From Leucoraja erinacea (Eukaryota), in assembly GCF_028641065.1 (NCBI RefSeq), contig NC_073383.1:59706001-59770000 (forward strand): a DNA stretch of 64,000 bases, read 5' to 3'. The notes under the pieces are model-generated. The model did no database searches. It had not been told where the DNA came from and saw nothing but the letters and a program-made list of their open reading frames with translations. This document shows, piece after piece, positions 13,498 through 24,586 of this stretch. Positions within the stretch are counted from its first letter, which is position 1. The number at the start of each line of letters is the position of its first letter. Position numbers and translations under genes: made by a program.

Positions 13498-14000
13498 TAT
13501 AACCATATAACAATTACAGCACTGAAACAGGCCATCTCGACCCTTCTAGACCGTGCCGAACACATAATCTCCCCTAGTCCCATATACCTGCGCTCAGACC
13601 ATAACCCTCCATTCCCTTCCCGTCCATATAACTATCCAATTTATTTTTAAATGATAAAAACGAACCTGCCTCCACCACCTTCACTGGAAGCTCATTCCAT
13701 ACAGCTACCACTCTCTGAGTAAAGAAGTTCCCCCTCATGTTACCCCTAAACTTCAGTCCCTTAATTCTCAAGTCATGTCCCCTTGTTTGAATCTTCCCTA
13801 CTCTCAGTGGGAAAAGCTTTTCCACGTCAACTCTGTCTCTATCCCTCTCATCATTTTAAAGACCTCTATCAAGTCCCCCCTTAGCCTTCTGCGCTCCAAA
13901 GAATAAAGCCCTAACTTGTTCAACCTTTCTCTGTAACTTAGTTGCTGAAACCCAGGCAACATTCTAGTAAATCTCCTCTGTACTCTCTCTATTTTGTTGA
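13498..14000 (-). mobile_element. CR1 LINE 3' end (same family as 40477-42393)
   Basis: Peptide QTRGHDLRIKG..FRGNMRGNFFTQRVVAVWNELP and a (TTATATGG)n tail. Confidence 0.9.
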
Positions 14001-14294
14001 TTATGGTTAAAACAAGTGGTTAAATATAGTGGTATGTGGTTAAAACAAATCATTCAAATTGTGTTAGTTAATTTGTTTGCATTATTATTCACGTCAACTT
14101 TGCAGACATGAAAGCGTTCATGGAACAGAAAACTAATAGAAATTACAGAATTTCAATCTTAGTGATTCATAAATGGGGTAATTAAAGTGGCAAACAATGT
14201 GTGATACATATTTTAAAAACAAGTGTTGCAAACTAAAGATGTTCATTTGTAATACTTGGTATAATCTTCATAAGGTTGAACAACTCTAAGACTA

Positions 14295-15186
14295 GAACAA
14301 CTAAGGGGGCGCTGTCTTGTGTACGGTTGCCCAGCAAGCAGCTGTCCTGTCCTTTCATCTTCTTTTTCTTATTTTTAGTTAGTTTAGTGTTTTGTTTTAG
14401 GAGTTCTAGCTTTTTTTTTAAGTGTGGGGGAGGGGGAAACTAATTTTCAGGGTCCCTGCCTGGTCGGAGATGCAGCTTTTCTCCGGGCTGCACTCTCGAC
14501 CCGTCCTGGAGCGGCGTTTCCTGAGGGGACCACACAGAACCTCGGCATCGGCGACACCGGCACCAGCATCGGCGGCGGCGGCATCGGCGGCACCGGCATC
14601 GGCATTGTTATCGGCGGAGCTGCGGGTCTGAGGACGGCGGTGCAGCGCTGGAGCGCCATTGCGGGGCGGGCGGTGCGTTGCCTGAGTCGCTGAGCTGGAA
14701 CTCTGGTGAGCTGGGACCGTTGCGGAGCTGCAGGTCTGTGGAGCGGCTGCAGGCGGCGGCGCTGAAATTTCCATCGGGAGCCTGGAATCTCTTGATGAAA
14801 TTGCCATAGGAGCTCCATTCGGCGCGGCCTTGTCGGCTCCGGAAGCCACGGCCTCGAGTAAGGAGGCGGCCGTTTCCAGGGTTCCCATGCCGCTGAGAGG
14901 ACTCTCCCGATGTCGGAACAACATCACCCGGCAAGAACGGCCTGGAACATCGGGCCTCCGTAGAGGCAACTGTGGAGGCCTCAATTGGCCTGACTATTGG
15001 GGAACTGGGGTCAGGGACTGGACTTTGTGCCTTCCCTCGTAATGGGAACCATTGTGGGGGGATGTTTTCATGTTAAAGTTCTTTAGTATTGTCATGTTTG
15101 TATTCTTTTTTTTATGTGCTGCATTGGCATAACAAATTCCACCAGCCTGGCTGTGTGGTCATTAAAATAATCAATCAATCAATCAA
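14295..15186 (+). mobile_element. GC-rich non-autonomous retroelement with Rex1-type 3' end (copy C)
   Basis: 5' GGGGGCGCTG, T-rich tract, G-run, CpG-rich body, ggactttgtgccttccctc block and an (AATC)n tail. Homologous to copy A. Confidence 0.7.
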
Positions 15187-16379
15187 TTCTATCACCAGCT
15201 GAGTCATACCATAATATGTGCTTGCAGCATGAAGCTAAGTCTTATCCCTCTGTGAGGCTTGACAGATCTTTAACACAATGCCAAAGGACTGAAACACCTT
15301 TCTTCGCCTGACTTCTGTCTGAAAAAAGAAATCAGTGTTCCAAGATAAACTCCTCTCGTTTAGTAGAATGTCAAAAAGCAATTGAGAAAGATTTTATTGA
15401 AGTCACGGCTACACATTGAATGGTGGTTTATAACAAAACTTTTTATAATGTTATGAAAAATAATGTTGTACTATATTTGATCATATTTGATTGAAAAATA
15501 CATGACCCAGTGCTCAAGAATACTGGCTGATAACTGTTTTAGTATTGATAACTAACTCATGCTCAAGGGTAAATGAGTTTCAAGTGTAAATGGGTCTCCC
15601 ATATTGTCTATGTTTCAACTTTAGTTTGGGAGTGAAATTCCATATAGTGCTCTATGATTGTATTACACATTTATACAATTTTTTCCAAGATTTTTGCAGA
15701 CATTCCATTGAAAGGTTAACAGTTTCATTCATAGTTTGAGATTTAATTTTAAGAAAGTTATAAAAAGATGAGAATAAATACAGCAGAAGTAAAATAATGT
15801 GCATGATTGAAATCCTAAATTTGAATTAAAAAGACTTAAACCCCCAAAGGGTCAGACAGTCTCTGTTGAGAGAGAATAATAATTAAAACGTTATTGACCT
15901 GTGATGTCAACTCAGCTTCTCTCCCTAGAGATGCAGCCTGGCCTGGAAGAAAGGCTGAAGTGATGTTTATTGTTATTGCAGGAAAGAATAAACTTTTGAA
16001 AACACAAATTAAAGTGTTGTGGATTTCTCTTCATAATGCATTTCTGCAATTATTTTACTCTTTTCATTCATTCGTAAGCAATTATGATAATCTGCATTGT
16101 CGTATTTTCTGTCAACAGGAGAGACAAAGTGTGATTCTGCTTTTGTAGCAAGGAGTTCAGACTCAAATGAAAATTAGATCATCAAAACTACATGCAATAT
16201 ATGCCAATTCTGGGAGTATATTATGCCAACGAGAGGGACAAGGCATAATTCTACTATTGAAGCAGGGAGTTCAGACTTAAATGGAAATTAGAGAAACATA
16301 ACTTGTTCAATATGTGGCTGCTCTAGAATTTCAAGTTAACCTTACTAATGGTAGAATTTGTTTTAAGGCATAAACAGTA

Positions 16380-16690
16380 TAATTTCAGCCGATCACGTCA
16401 GTACCAGCGAACAGACTAATCCTATTCTCCCACTTTTTCTGCAACATATTCTCCTCTCAGATTTCCATCAATTCCTCCCAGATTCTACCACCTTCATCTG
16501 ATGATCAATGAATACTTCATCTGATGATCAATGAATACTTTAGGGATTTGGAAGAAAACCAGTGCCCAGGCAAAACCTACACAGCGACAAGAAAAAGTCA
16601 TAAACTGCCGGTACTGGAGTTTTAGGATTGAACCTGGATTGCTGGAGATGTTAAAAAGTACAGCTCTCAGCTGCATTACAGTGCCTTCAT
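16380..16690 (-). mobile_element. Degraded V-SINE (HE1-like)
   Basis: aggattgaacctgg (B-box reverse complement) and gaagaaaaccagtgcccagg V-domain remnant. Contains a 23-bp tandem duplication at 16492-16540. Confidence 0.55.
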
Positions 16691-17559
16691 GCTGATGGCA
16701 GCATAGGTAGGGGGCAATACAACTCGTGGAGTTGGGGAACAATTATAGAAACAGTGTTTAAAACAGCTTCGTAATGGTGATTGCCGTTAACTGAAGTGTG
16801 ATGAATATTACTCAAGCTAAATTATCTGAGAGAAAAGGCAGCACAACAGATATGCCAGAACTGATTTTAAGTGGAGAAAATAGGAAACAGAAAATAAACA
16901 GTTCAAAGGAAGCAGAACATTAAGTAGATGTGAGATTTATTTACACTTGTCAGTGCTATTTTTAACTGGTTACAGAACAGAAGCTGCAGGATGTGATGAA
17001 AAGATGTGAAAATTTTAGCCAGGGACTTGAATGTAGAGAAGGAATAATGTCTTATTAGCAGAATTAGGAGTGGCACCTAATTGTTAAGCAAATTAATTAT
17101 AAAAATAACTTCTGAACTGCCAAAACAACATTAACCGTTGAGTATAGAAAAGTGGGTGCATAATACTTTAAGATGTAAGATAGTTAATGCATTTCCTCAA
17201 TGTAATGTTACATTTTGTGTTAAGAGCAATTGATGCTTGCTTTAATCTTTGTAGTTTGAAATAATTACAAGGTTAAGACATGCTGCTCGTGCTTCTAGAT
17301 TGAGACTTGAAGCCACAATTTAATCATTCAAACACAAGGTGGCTGGTACCAATAATTTGTCTCCTGCGGTTATAAATAATTAACAGTCAGCACTTTGGAG
17401 ATAAAACTGTGCCTACTTTACAAAGAAATTATATTGTTGTGGACATTACAATCTAGGCCAGCATTTAGTGCTTATTCCTAATTTCCCATATAAAGCTTCT
17501 CCAAGCCTTCTCAGGATGAAATCAAAACAGATTTAATTTAAATTAAATTCATTTACAGT

Positions 17560-17912
17560 CCAACCCTTCTTGGTATGGCCGCGGGACTTGTTAGCGCACG
17601 CCGGGGGCTCCAACACCAAGACCTAGAGCGTGGCCTTGCATCGCCCGCTGCGGCTTTAATGGCCACAGGACACTTACCATCGCCCGCCGGGGGCTTTGAG
17701 TCTGACATCGGGAGGAGAATGAGGAGTGCAGGGGAGAGATGTGACTTTGCCTTCCATCACAGTGAGGAGGAGATTCACTGTGATGGATGTTTGCGTAAAT
17801 TGTGTTGTGTCTTGGTTCTTTTTCTTGTGTGTATGACTGCAGAAACCAAATTTCGTTTGAACCTCAATGGGGTTCAAATGACAACAAATAAATTGTATTG
17901 TATTGTATTGTA
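17560..17912 (+). mobile_element. 5'-truncated GC-rich element with Rex1-type 3' end (copy F)
   Basis: Stems CCATCACAGTGA..TCACTGTGATGG and TTTGAACC..GGTTCAAA, then gacaacaaataaa and a (TATTG)n tail. Confidence 0.7.
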
Positions 17913-17914
17913 AA

Positions 17915-18322
17915 CTGGTGCACTTTGTATCATCAGCAAACATGTCAAACTTGCCCTGTATGTTCTCATCCAAATCATTGATGTAGATGACAAACAATAG
18001 TGAACCCTAGGGCACACCACTAGGTACAGGCCTCCACTCCAAGAAGCAACCTTCCACCATCACCCTCTGCTTTCTTCCATGGAGCGCATTTGCTATTAAT
18101 TCAGCTATCACTCCTTGGATCCCATGCGGTCTAACCTTCCAGAGCAGACTACCTTGTTGAATGCCTGACTGAAATCCATGTACACAACATCTACAGCTCT
18201 GCCCTTATCGATCTTTTTGGTCACAACTTCAAAAAAATCAATCAGATTTGTGAGACATGACCTCCCACGTACAAAAACATGTTGACTATCCTTAATCAGA
18301 CCTTGCCCATCCAAATGCCTGT
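17915..18322 (-). mobile_element. CR1 RT fragment (inverted copy of about 19100-19500)
   Basis: Peptides HLDGQGLIKDSQHVFVRGRSCLTNLIDFF and FVIYINDLDENIQGKF..FADDTK. Confidence 0.9.
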
Positions 18323-18554
18323 CACATATTGTGACTCCATCCTTGTGTTGCCTTATAATAATGAAATCCAATACAATAAGCAGCAACTGAAACTGTCTAC
18401 ACCTGTGTGGTTAATGTAGAAGTAACCAACAGTGATAAAACACTGTTCAATGAGACACACTGGCAAGCCCATCACAGATGGAAATCATTTGACATCAACT
18501 TTCTTGTTTCTTGTTTCTTTTTTTAAATAAGCATTACTGAATAACAAGGTGACA

Positions 18555-18815
18555 TATGGCTGAGGAAAACATTTTTCACACAGAGTGGTGAATCTGGGGA
18601 ATTCTCTGCCACAGAAGGTAGTTGAGGCCAGTTCATTGGCTATATTTAAGAGGGAGTTATATGTGGCCCTTGTGGCTAAAGGGATAAGGGGGTATGGAGA
18701 GAAGGCAGGTACAGGATACTGAGTTGATCAGCCATAATCATATTGAATGGCGGTGCAGGCTCGAAGGGCCGAATGGCCTACTCCTGTACCTATTTTCTAA
18801 GTTTCTATGTTTCTA
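18555..18815 (+). mobile_element. CR1 3' end
   Basis: gaggaaaacatttttcacacagagtggtgaatc...ggccgaatggcctactcctg with a ttctatgt tail. Confidence 0.85.
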
Positions 18816-18949
18816 AGAAATTTGTATTTGTGAAATATTAAATGTTTCCACTCAATCATACAAATTCCACAGATATTTTGCAATGCACTAAAATGTTTTT
18901 GGAAGCTTTTCTTTTACCTCTCTCTTTTATTCTCTTAAATTTACAAGTT

Positions 18950-19770
18950 GTCCTTACATCCAGGAGAGGTGCTAGAAGACTGGGGGTTGGCAAATGTCGT
19001 GCCTCTTTTCAAGAAGGGCTGCAGGGGAAATGCTGGGAGGCCAGTGAGCTTAACACCTGTAGTTGGAAAGATACTAGAGAGTATTCTGAGGGATAGATTA
19101 TACAGGCATTTGGATGGGCAAGGTCTGATTAAGGATAGTCAACATGTTTTTGTACGTGGGAGGTCGTGTCTCACAAATCTGATTGATTTTTTTGAAGTTG
19201 TGACCAAAAAGGTCGATAAGGGCGGAGCTGTAGATGTTGTGTACATGGATTTCAGCCAGGCATTCAACAAGGTTCCGCATGCGAGTCTGCTCTGGAAGGT
19301 TAGACCGCATGGCATCCAAGGAGTGATAGCTAAATTAATAGCAAATTGGCTCCATGGAAAAAAGCAGAGGGTGATGGTGGAAGGTTGCTTCTCGGAGTGG
19401 AGGCCTGTGACTAGTGGTGTGCCCTAGGGCTCAGTATTGTTTGTCATCTACATCAATGATTTGGATGAGAACATACAGGGCAAGTTTGCTGATGATATAA
19501 AAGTGAGTTGTTTTGCAGATAATGAAGATGGCAGTGAAAGATTGCAGCAGGATCTAGATCAATTAGCCAGGTGGAGAGAGGAATGGGTGATGGAATTTAA
19601 TACAGAGAAATATGAGGTGTTGTATTTTGGGACATCGAACAAGGGCAGAACCTACACAGTAAATGGTAGGCCTCTGGGTAGTGTTCAGGAGCAGAAGGAG
19701 TTAGGAGTACAGGTACATGGTTCGTTGAAAGGTCGCAAATAGATAATGTGGTCAAAAGGGCTTCAAGTTT
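18950..19770 (+). mobile_element. CR1 RT fragment (pseudogenised)
   Basis: EDW..ANVVPLFKKG, RPVSLT.VVGK, YMDFS.AF.KVPH, SGVP*G and YINDLD..FADD motifs. Confidence 0.9.
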
Positions 19771-19789
19771 CTTGATATTAATATTACCA

Positions 19790-20435
19790 ATGATCTGTGT
19801 TGGACCAATCACATTGATACAACAGCCAAGAAAGCACACCAATGCCTCTACTTCCTGAGGAGACTCAGGAAACTTGGCATGTCTCCAGAGACTCTTAAAA
19901 CTTTTACAGATGCACGATAGCAAGTGTACCGCAGCTTGGCATGGGAACAGCTCTGTTCAAGACAGCAAGAAATTGCAAAGAGTTGTTGATATAGATTAGT
20001 CCATCACACAGACCAGATTTCAGATGATTTACTCCATCTATACTTCATGCTGCCTCAGATAAGCAGCCAACATAATCAAAGGCTTGTCTCATTCCAGATA
20101 TTCCTTCTTCCCCCTGCTCTCCTCCGGCAGAAGCTTGAAAGTGTACACAACCAGATTCAGGAACAGCTCCTTGTTATCAGGTTTCTGGATGATCCTTCAA
20201 TAAGCTAGGCTAATGTTCAATTCACCTCCACCACAATAAGGAGATTAGACTTTGTCTATGGAATTGAAGTGCTACAATGTTGCAAACTATAATCAGCATT
20301 CTGTTTCTTCTCCTTTGCTCTATCTATTGTACTTGAATTTGAATTGATTACATCTATGTATGGTATGCCTAAACTGTTCGGATGGCATGCAAAACAAAGT
20401 TTTTCACTACATGTGATACTAATAAACCTAAACCA
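19790..20435 (+). mobile_element. Rex1/Babar LINE 3' fragment
   Basis: Reads as NHIDTTAKKAHQ.LYFLRRLRK.GMS...FYRCTI, then RFRNS. The 3' UTR ends tttcactacatgtgatactaataaacctaaacc. Confidence 0.8.
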
Positions 20436-20829
20436 GTAATGTTGGATTTGAATCCTATGCCTTAAAATTCTGCAGTGAATTATCTTTAGACTTTACACTT
20501 ATTTAGCCATTCAAGAAAATCATGGCTGGTCCTTTACTCCAATACCAGTTATCTGCACTGTCACATATCCCTCAAATCCCTTACCATCCAAAGATATGTT
20601 GATCTCTAAATACATGTTTGGCATGTAGGGTTTTCGGATGTCGCTGACTAACATGAACCCATATTGTCCAAAGCAGCTTCACAGCAATGAAGTAGATATA
20701 TATTTTAGTCACCACTATAATATCATGATTTCACCAATATGAAATTATTTTGCTTCTTTCACTTCCATCCCACCTCCACCTTTAAGACTACTTAGTGTAC
20801 AGGCATAAAACCGTTAGCATACTTTTGAT

Positions 20830-21040
20830 AGAACAGAGTGCTTGAGCAACTCTGAGGGTCAAGCAGCATCTATGGAGGACATAGGTAGGTGATATTTCAG
20901 GTCCGTAACCTTTTTCAGAGAATGTCCCGATCCAAAGCATTGCCTATCCATGTCCTCCTGAGATGCTGCCTAACCTGCTGCGTCACTCCAATATTTCATG
21001 TTCAAAGCAAGATTCCAGCATTTACAGCTCCTTGTATCTA
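20830..21040. mobile_element. Degenerate fold-back mini-Penelope element
   Basis: Inverted arms ..gcagcatctatggaggacataggtagg / cctatccatgtcctcctgagatgctgcc, then a ccagcat extension. Confidence 0.65.
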
Positions 21041-21569
21041 TTGGAATTTTTTGACCTTTTTTTAAATAATACTAATAGCTAAATCACAGATACAATGAGC
21101 CAAGTGATCTCTTTTCATTGCACAAAGATATTATAATTCCATCACTAACAGAGATCCAGCATGACATATATGCTGTATTAACCATAACAAAATAACTTGT
21201 ATGATACTATCCAAAACTGCACATTTTCATTTTTTGTCTAGATATTCCTTTCATATTTGTAGCTATCTGAAATTATAAATTATAAACGTTTTTTTGTATG
21301 AACAAAATCCTTTCATCCCTTCATGGGAGATGTTTAATGGAGCTTTGGTTCAAATGAATGATTAATTTTAAATCCAGCAGTGTGAAATATAAGGAGTTCA
21401 AAATGTATCACTTAATAAAATGTTTAATTCTCCCAGATAAAGCCAATTAATGACAGAATTTTATTATCTCAAATTAATTTCCAATACTTCCAATTGTTAT
21501 GATTATTATAAAATTATACAAATTGTACAAAATTATACAAAATCCCATATTCAAAATTATCTCCTGTTG

Positions 21570-23291
21570 TTTGAACAATTTTTTTTCTTCGGTGTTCACC
21601 AAGGAGAAGGATATTGAATTATGTGAGGTAAGGGAAACTAGTAGAGTAGCTATGGATACTATGAGGTTCAAAGTAAAAGAAGTACTGACACTTTTGAAAA
21701 ATATAGAAGTGATAAGTCCCCAGGTCCTGACAGGATATTCCCTGGTACCTTGAGGGAAGTTAGTGTAGAAATAGCCGGGGCTATGACAGAAATATTTCAA
21801 ATGTCATTAGAAACGGGAATACCCCCCGAAGATTAGCGTACTGCGCATGTTGTTCCATTGTTTAAAAGGGGTTCTAAGAGTAAACCTAGCAATTGTAGAC
21901 CTGTTAGTTTGACTTCAGTGGTGGGCAAATTAATGGAAAAGATACTTAGAGATAACATATATAAGCATCTGGATAAACAGGGTCTGATTAGGAACAGTCA
22001 ACATGGATTTGTGCCTGGAAGGTCATGTTTGACTAATCTTCTTGAATTTTTTGAAGAGGTTACTAGGGAAATTGACGAGGGTAAAGCAGTGGATGTTGTC
22101 TATATGGACTTTAGTAAGGCCTTTGACAAGGTTCCTCATGGAAGGTTGGTTAAGAAGGTTCAACTGTTGGGTATAAATGCAGGAATAGCAAGATGGATTC
22201 AACAGTGGCTGAATGGGAGAAGCCAGAGGGTAATGGTGGATGGCTGTTTATCGGGTTGGAGGCAGATGACTAGTGGGGTGCCTCAGGGACCTGTGTTGGG
22301 TCCTTTGTTGTTTGTCATGTACATCAATGATCTGGATGAAGGTGTGGTAAATTGGATTAGTAAGTATGCAGATGATACCAAGATAGGGGGTGTTGTGGAT
22401 AATGAAGAGGATTTCCAAAGTCTACAGAGTGATTTAGGCCATTTGGAAAAATGGGCTGAAAGACGGCAGATGGAGTTTAATGCTGATAAATGTGAGGTGC
22501 TACACCTTGGCAGGACAAATCAAAATAGGACGTACATGGTAAATGGTAGGGAATTGAAGAATACAGTTGAACAGAGGGATCTGGGAATAACCGTGCATAG
22601 TTCCTTGAAGGTGGAATCTCATATAGATAGGGTGGTAAAGAAAACTTTTGGTATGCTAGCCTTTATAAATCAGAGCATTGAGTATAGAAGCTGGGATGTA
22701 ATGTTAAAATTGAACAAGGCATTGGTGAGACCAAATCTGGAGTATGGTGTACAATTTTGGTCGCCCAATTATAGGAAGGATGTCAACAAAATAGAGAGAG
22801 TACAGAGGAGATTTACTAGAATGTTGCCTGGGTTCCAACAACTAAGTTACAGAGATAGGTTGAATAAGTTAGGTCTTTATTCTCTGGAACGCAGAAGGTT
22901 AAGGGGGGACTTGATAGAGGTCTTTAAAATGATGAGAGGGATAGACAGTTGATGTGGACAAGCTTTTCGCTTTGAGAATAGGGAAGATTTAAACAAGAGG
23001 ACATGACTTCAGAATGAAGGGACAGAAGTTTAGGGGTAACATGAGGGGGAACTTCTTTACTCAGAGAGTGGTAGCGGTGTGGAATGAGCTTCCAGTGGAA
23101 GTGGTGGAGACAGGTTCGTTGATATCATTTAAAAATAAATTGGATAGGCATATGGATGAGAAGGGAATGGAGGGTTATGATATGAGTGCAGGCAGGTGGG
23201 ACTAAGGGAAAAAAAAAGTTGTGTCGGCACGGACTTGTAGGGCCGAGATGGCCTGTTTCCGCGCTGTAATTGTTATATGGTTATATGGTTT
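21570..23291 (+). mobile_element. Young 5'-truncated CR1 LINE (RT domain, a few disabling changes)
   Basis: The 364-aa ORF 21858-22952 has SQHGF, DFSKAFDKVPH, GVPQG and YADDTK motifs. (TTATATGG)n tail. Nearly identical to 40477-42184 in the opposite orientation. Confidence 0.95.
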
Positions 23292-24052
23292 TAATCAACA
23301 TTTCTTCCTAGATTCTGAATACGTCTGCACTAACTCTTTAAAATTAAACAGAAAAATGACACCTAAATATGTGAGCAAAGATGTTTGGAAATAAATCATA
23401 AATGCATTAGTTTGTTAACAAGGCATTTGCCAGTTTGATTGAATTTTTGAGAGGGTTTTGAAGAAATACATCAAAAATTGTGCAAAGAGAATTTGCCTGT
23501 CCCACTTAGGCGACTTTTTAGGTGAGTGCAGGAGATTCTGTGCTCGCCACATGGTTGCCACATGCTCGCTGGTGGTCTCTGGTGAATCTCCGTCATGGTC
23601 GCGAGGAGTTCCCGCGTTCTGGGAACTAGTCGCGGCGTCCGTATGGTTGTCGCAAATTTTTCAATGTTGAAAAATTTCTGCGACTAAAAATTGGTTGCCA
23701 TGGAGATAATCGATAATCCTGTAGTCGTAGGTGCAGTTGTAGTGGGGTCGCTATGTAGTTATAGGTAGTCGACTTAATCGTAGGTAGTTTTTGTTAATCG
23801 CCTTTGCTGACCGGTCATTTTAATTGGCTCATTGGGGGAAAAAAAGTAAGCAAGAGCATTCAGAACCAAGGATATCTGACCGGCAATGTTAAATGTCTTC
23901 CAAACTTCACAGTTGTGTATCTCTGGCTTATTAAAAGTTGTCTGGTTTCTTAAAAGTTGTCTCCACTCCTTCTCCCCCCTTCTCCCCCCTATTTTAAAGG
24001 ACTTACCGTACACTGTGCTAGCTATCTTAATTACAGCGCCAACCTTCCTGTT

Positions 24053-24141
24053 TTTTTAATTTTTTTTTTTTAATTTTATTTTTATTAGCAGTACAGTAAA
24101 TCACATTAATACATCGCATATATCTGATATAATTGATCTAG
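24053..24141 (-). mobile_element. Short poly(A)-tailed retro-insertion with 12-bp TSD
   Basis: AACCTTCCTGTT at 24041-24052 and 24142-24153. The minus strand ends AATAAAAATAAAATT followed by poly(A). Confidence 0.75.
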
Positions 24142-24223
24142 AACCTTCCTGTTCATCGCGGTGTGTGCCCGTACCACCTTGGCTTTGCACCGTGTGAATT
24201 TCAGACAGCGCTGCCCCCACTTG

Positions 24224-24397
24224 NNNNNNNNNNNNNNNNNNNNNNNNNNNNNNNNNNNNNNNNNNNNNNNNNNNNNNNNNNNNNNNNNNNNNNNNNNNNN
24301 NNNNNNNNNNNNNNNNNNNNNNNNNNNNNNNNNNNNNNNNNNNNNNNNNNNNNNNNNNNNNNNNNNNNNNNNNNNNNNNNNNNNNNNNNNNNNNNNN
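24224..24397. other. Assembly gap (174 N)
   Basis: Run of N. Confidence 1.
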
Positions 24398-24586
24398 TTC
24401 CAGGTCCCGGTTTTTCAGGCGACTGCCGGCAACTTGACAGTCGCCGACATTCCGCTGAAAATTCGCCCAAATGGGACAGGCACATAACTCTGCGTTTATG
24501 GTTACAACTGATCTCTCTGTCCACCTGAACTCAAATATTGGCATGACAACCTCCGTTACATTTTATAGTGACTGAGCCCAACCTCA

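Larger units (their letters stand above)
23492..24484. mobile_element. PIF/Harbinger-type non-autonomous DNA transposon spanning an assembly gap
   Basis: Imperfect TIRs tgcctgtcccacttaggcgactttt / aaaattcgcccaaatgggacaggca, with TAA on the right side. Internal GTCGTAG-like repeats. Confidence 0.7.

Noticed and set aside
24101-24544. ORFs of 107-147 aa
   Set aside because: They are artefacts of reading through the N gap.
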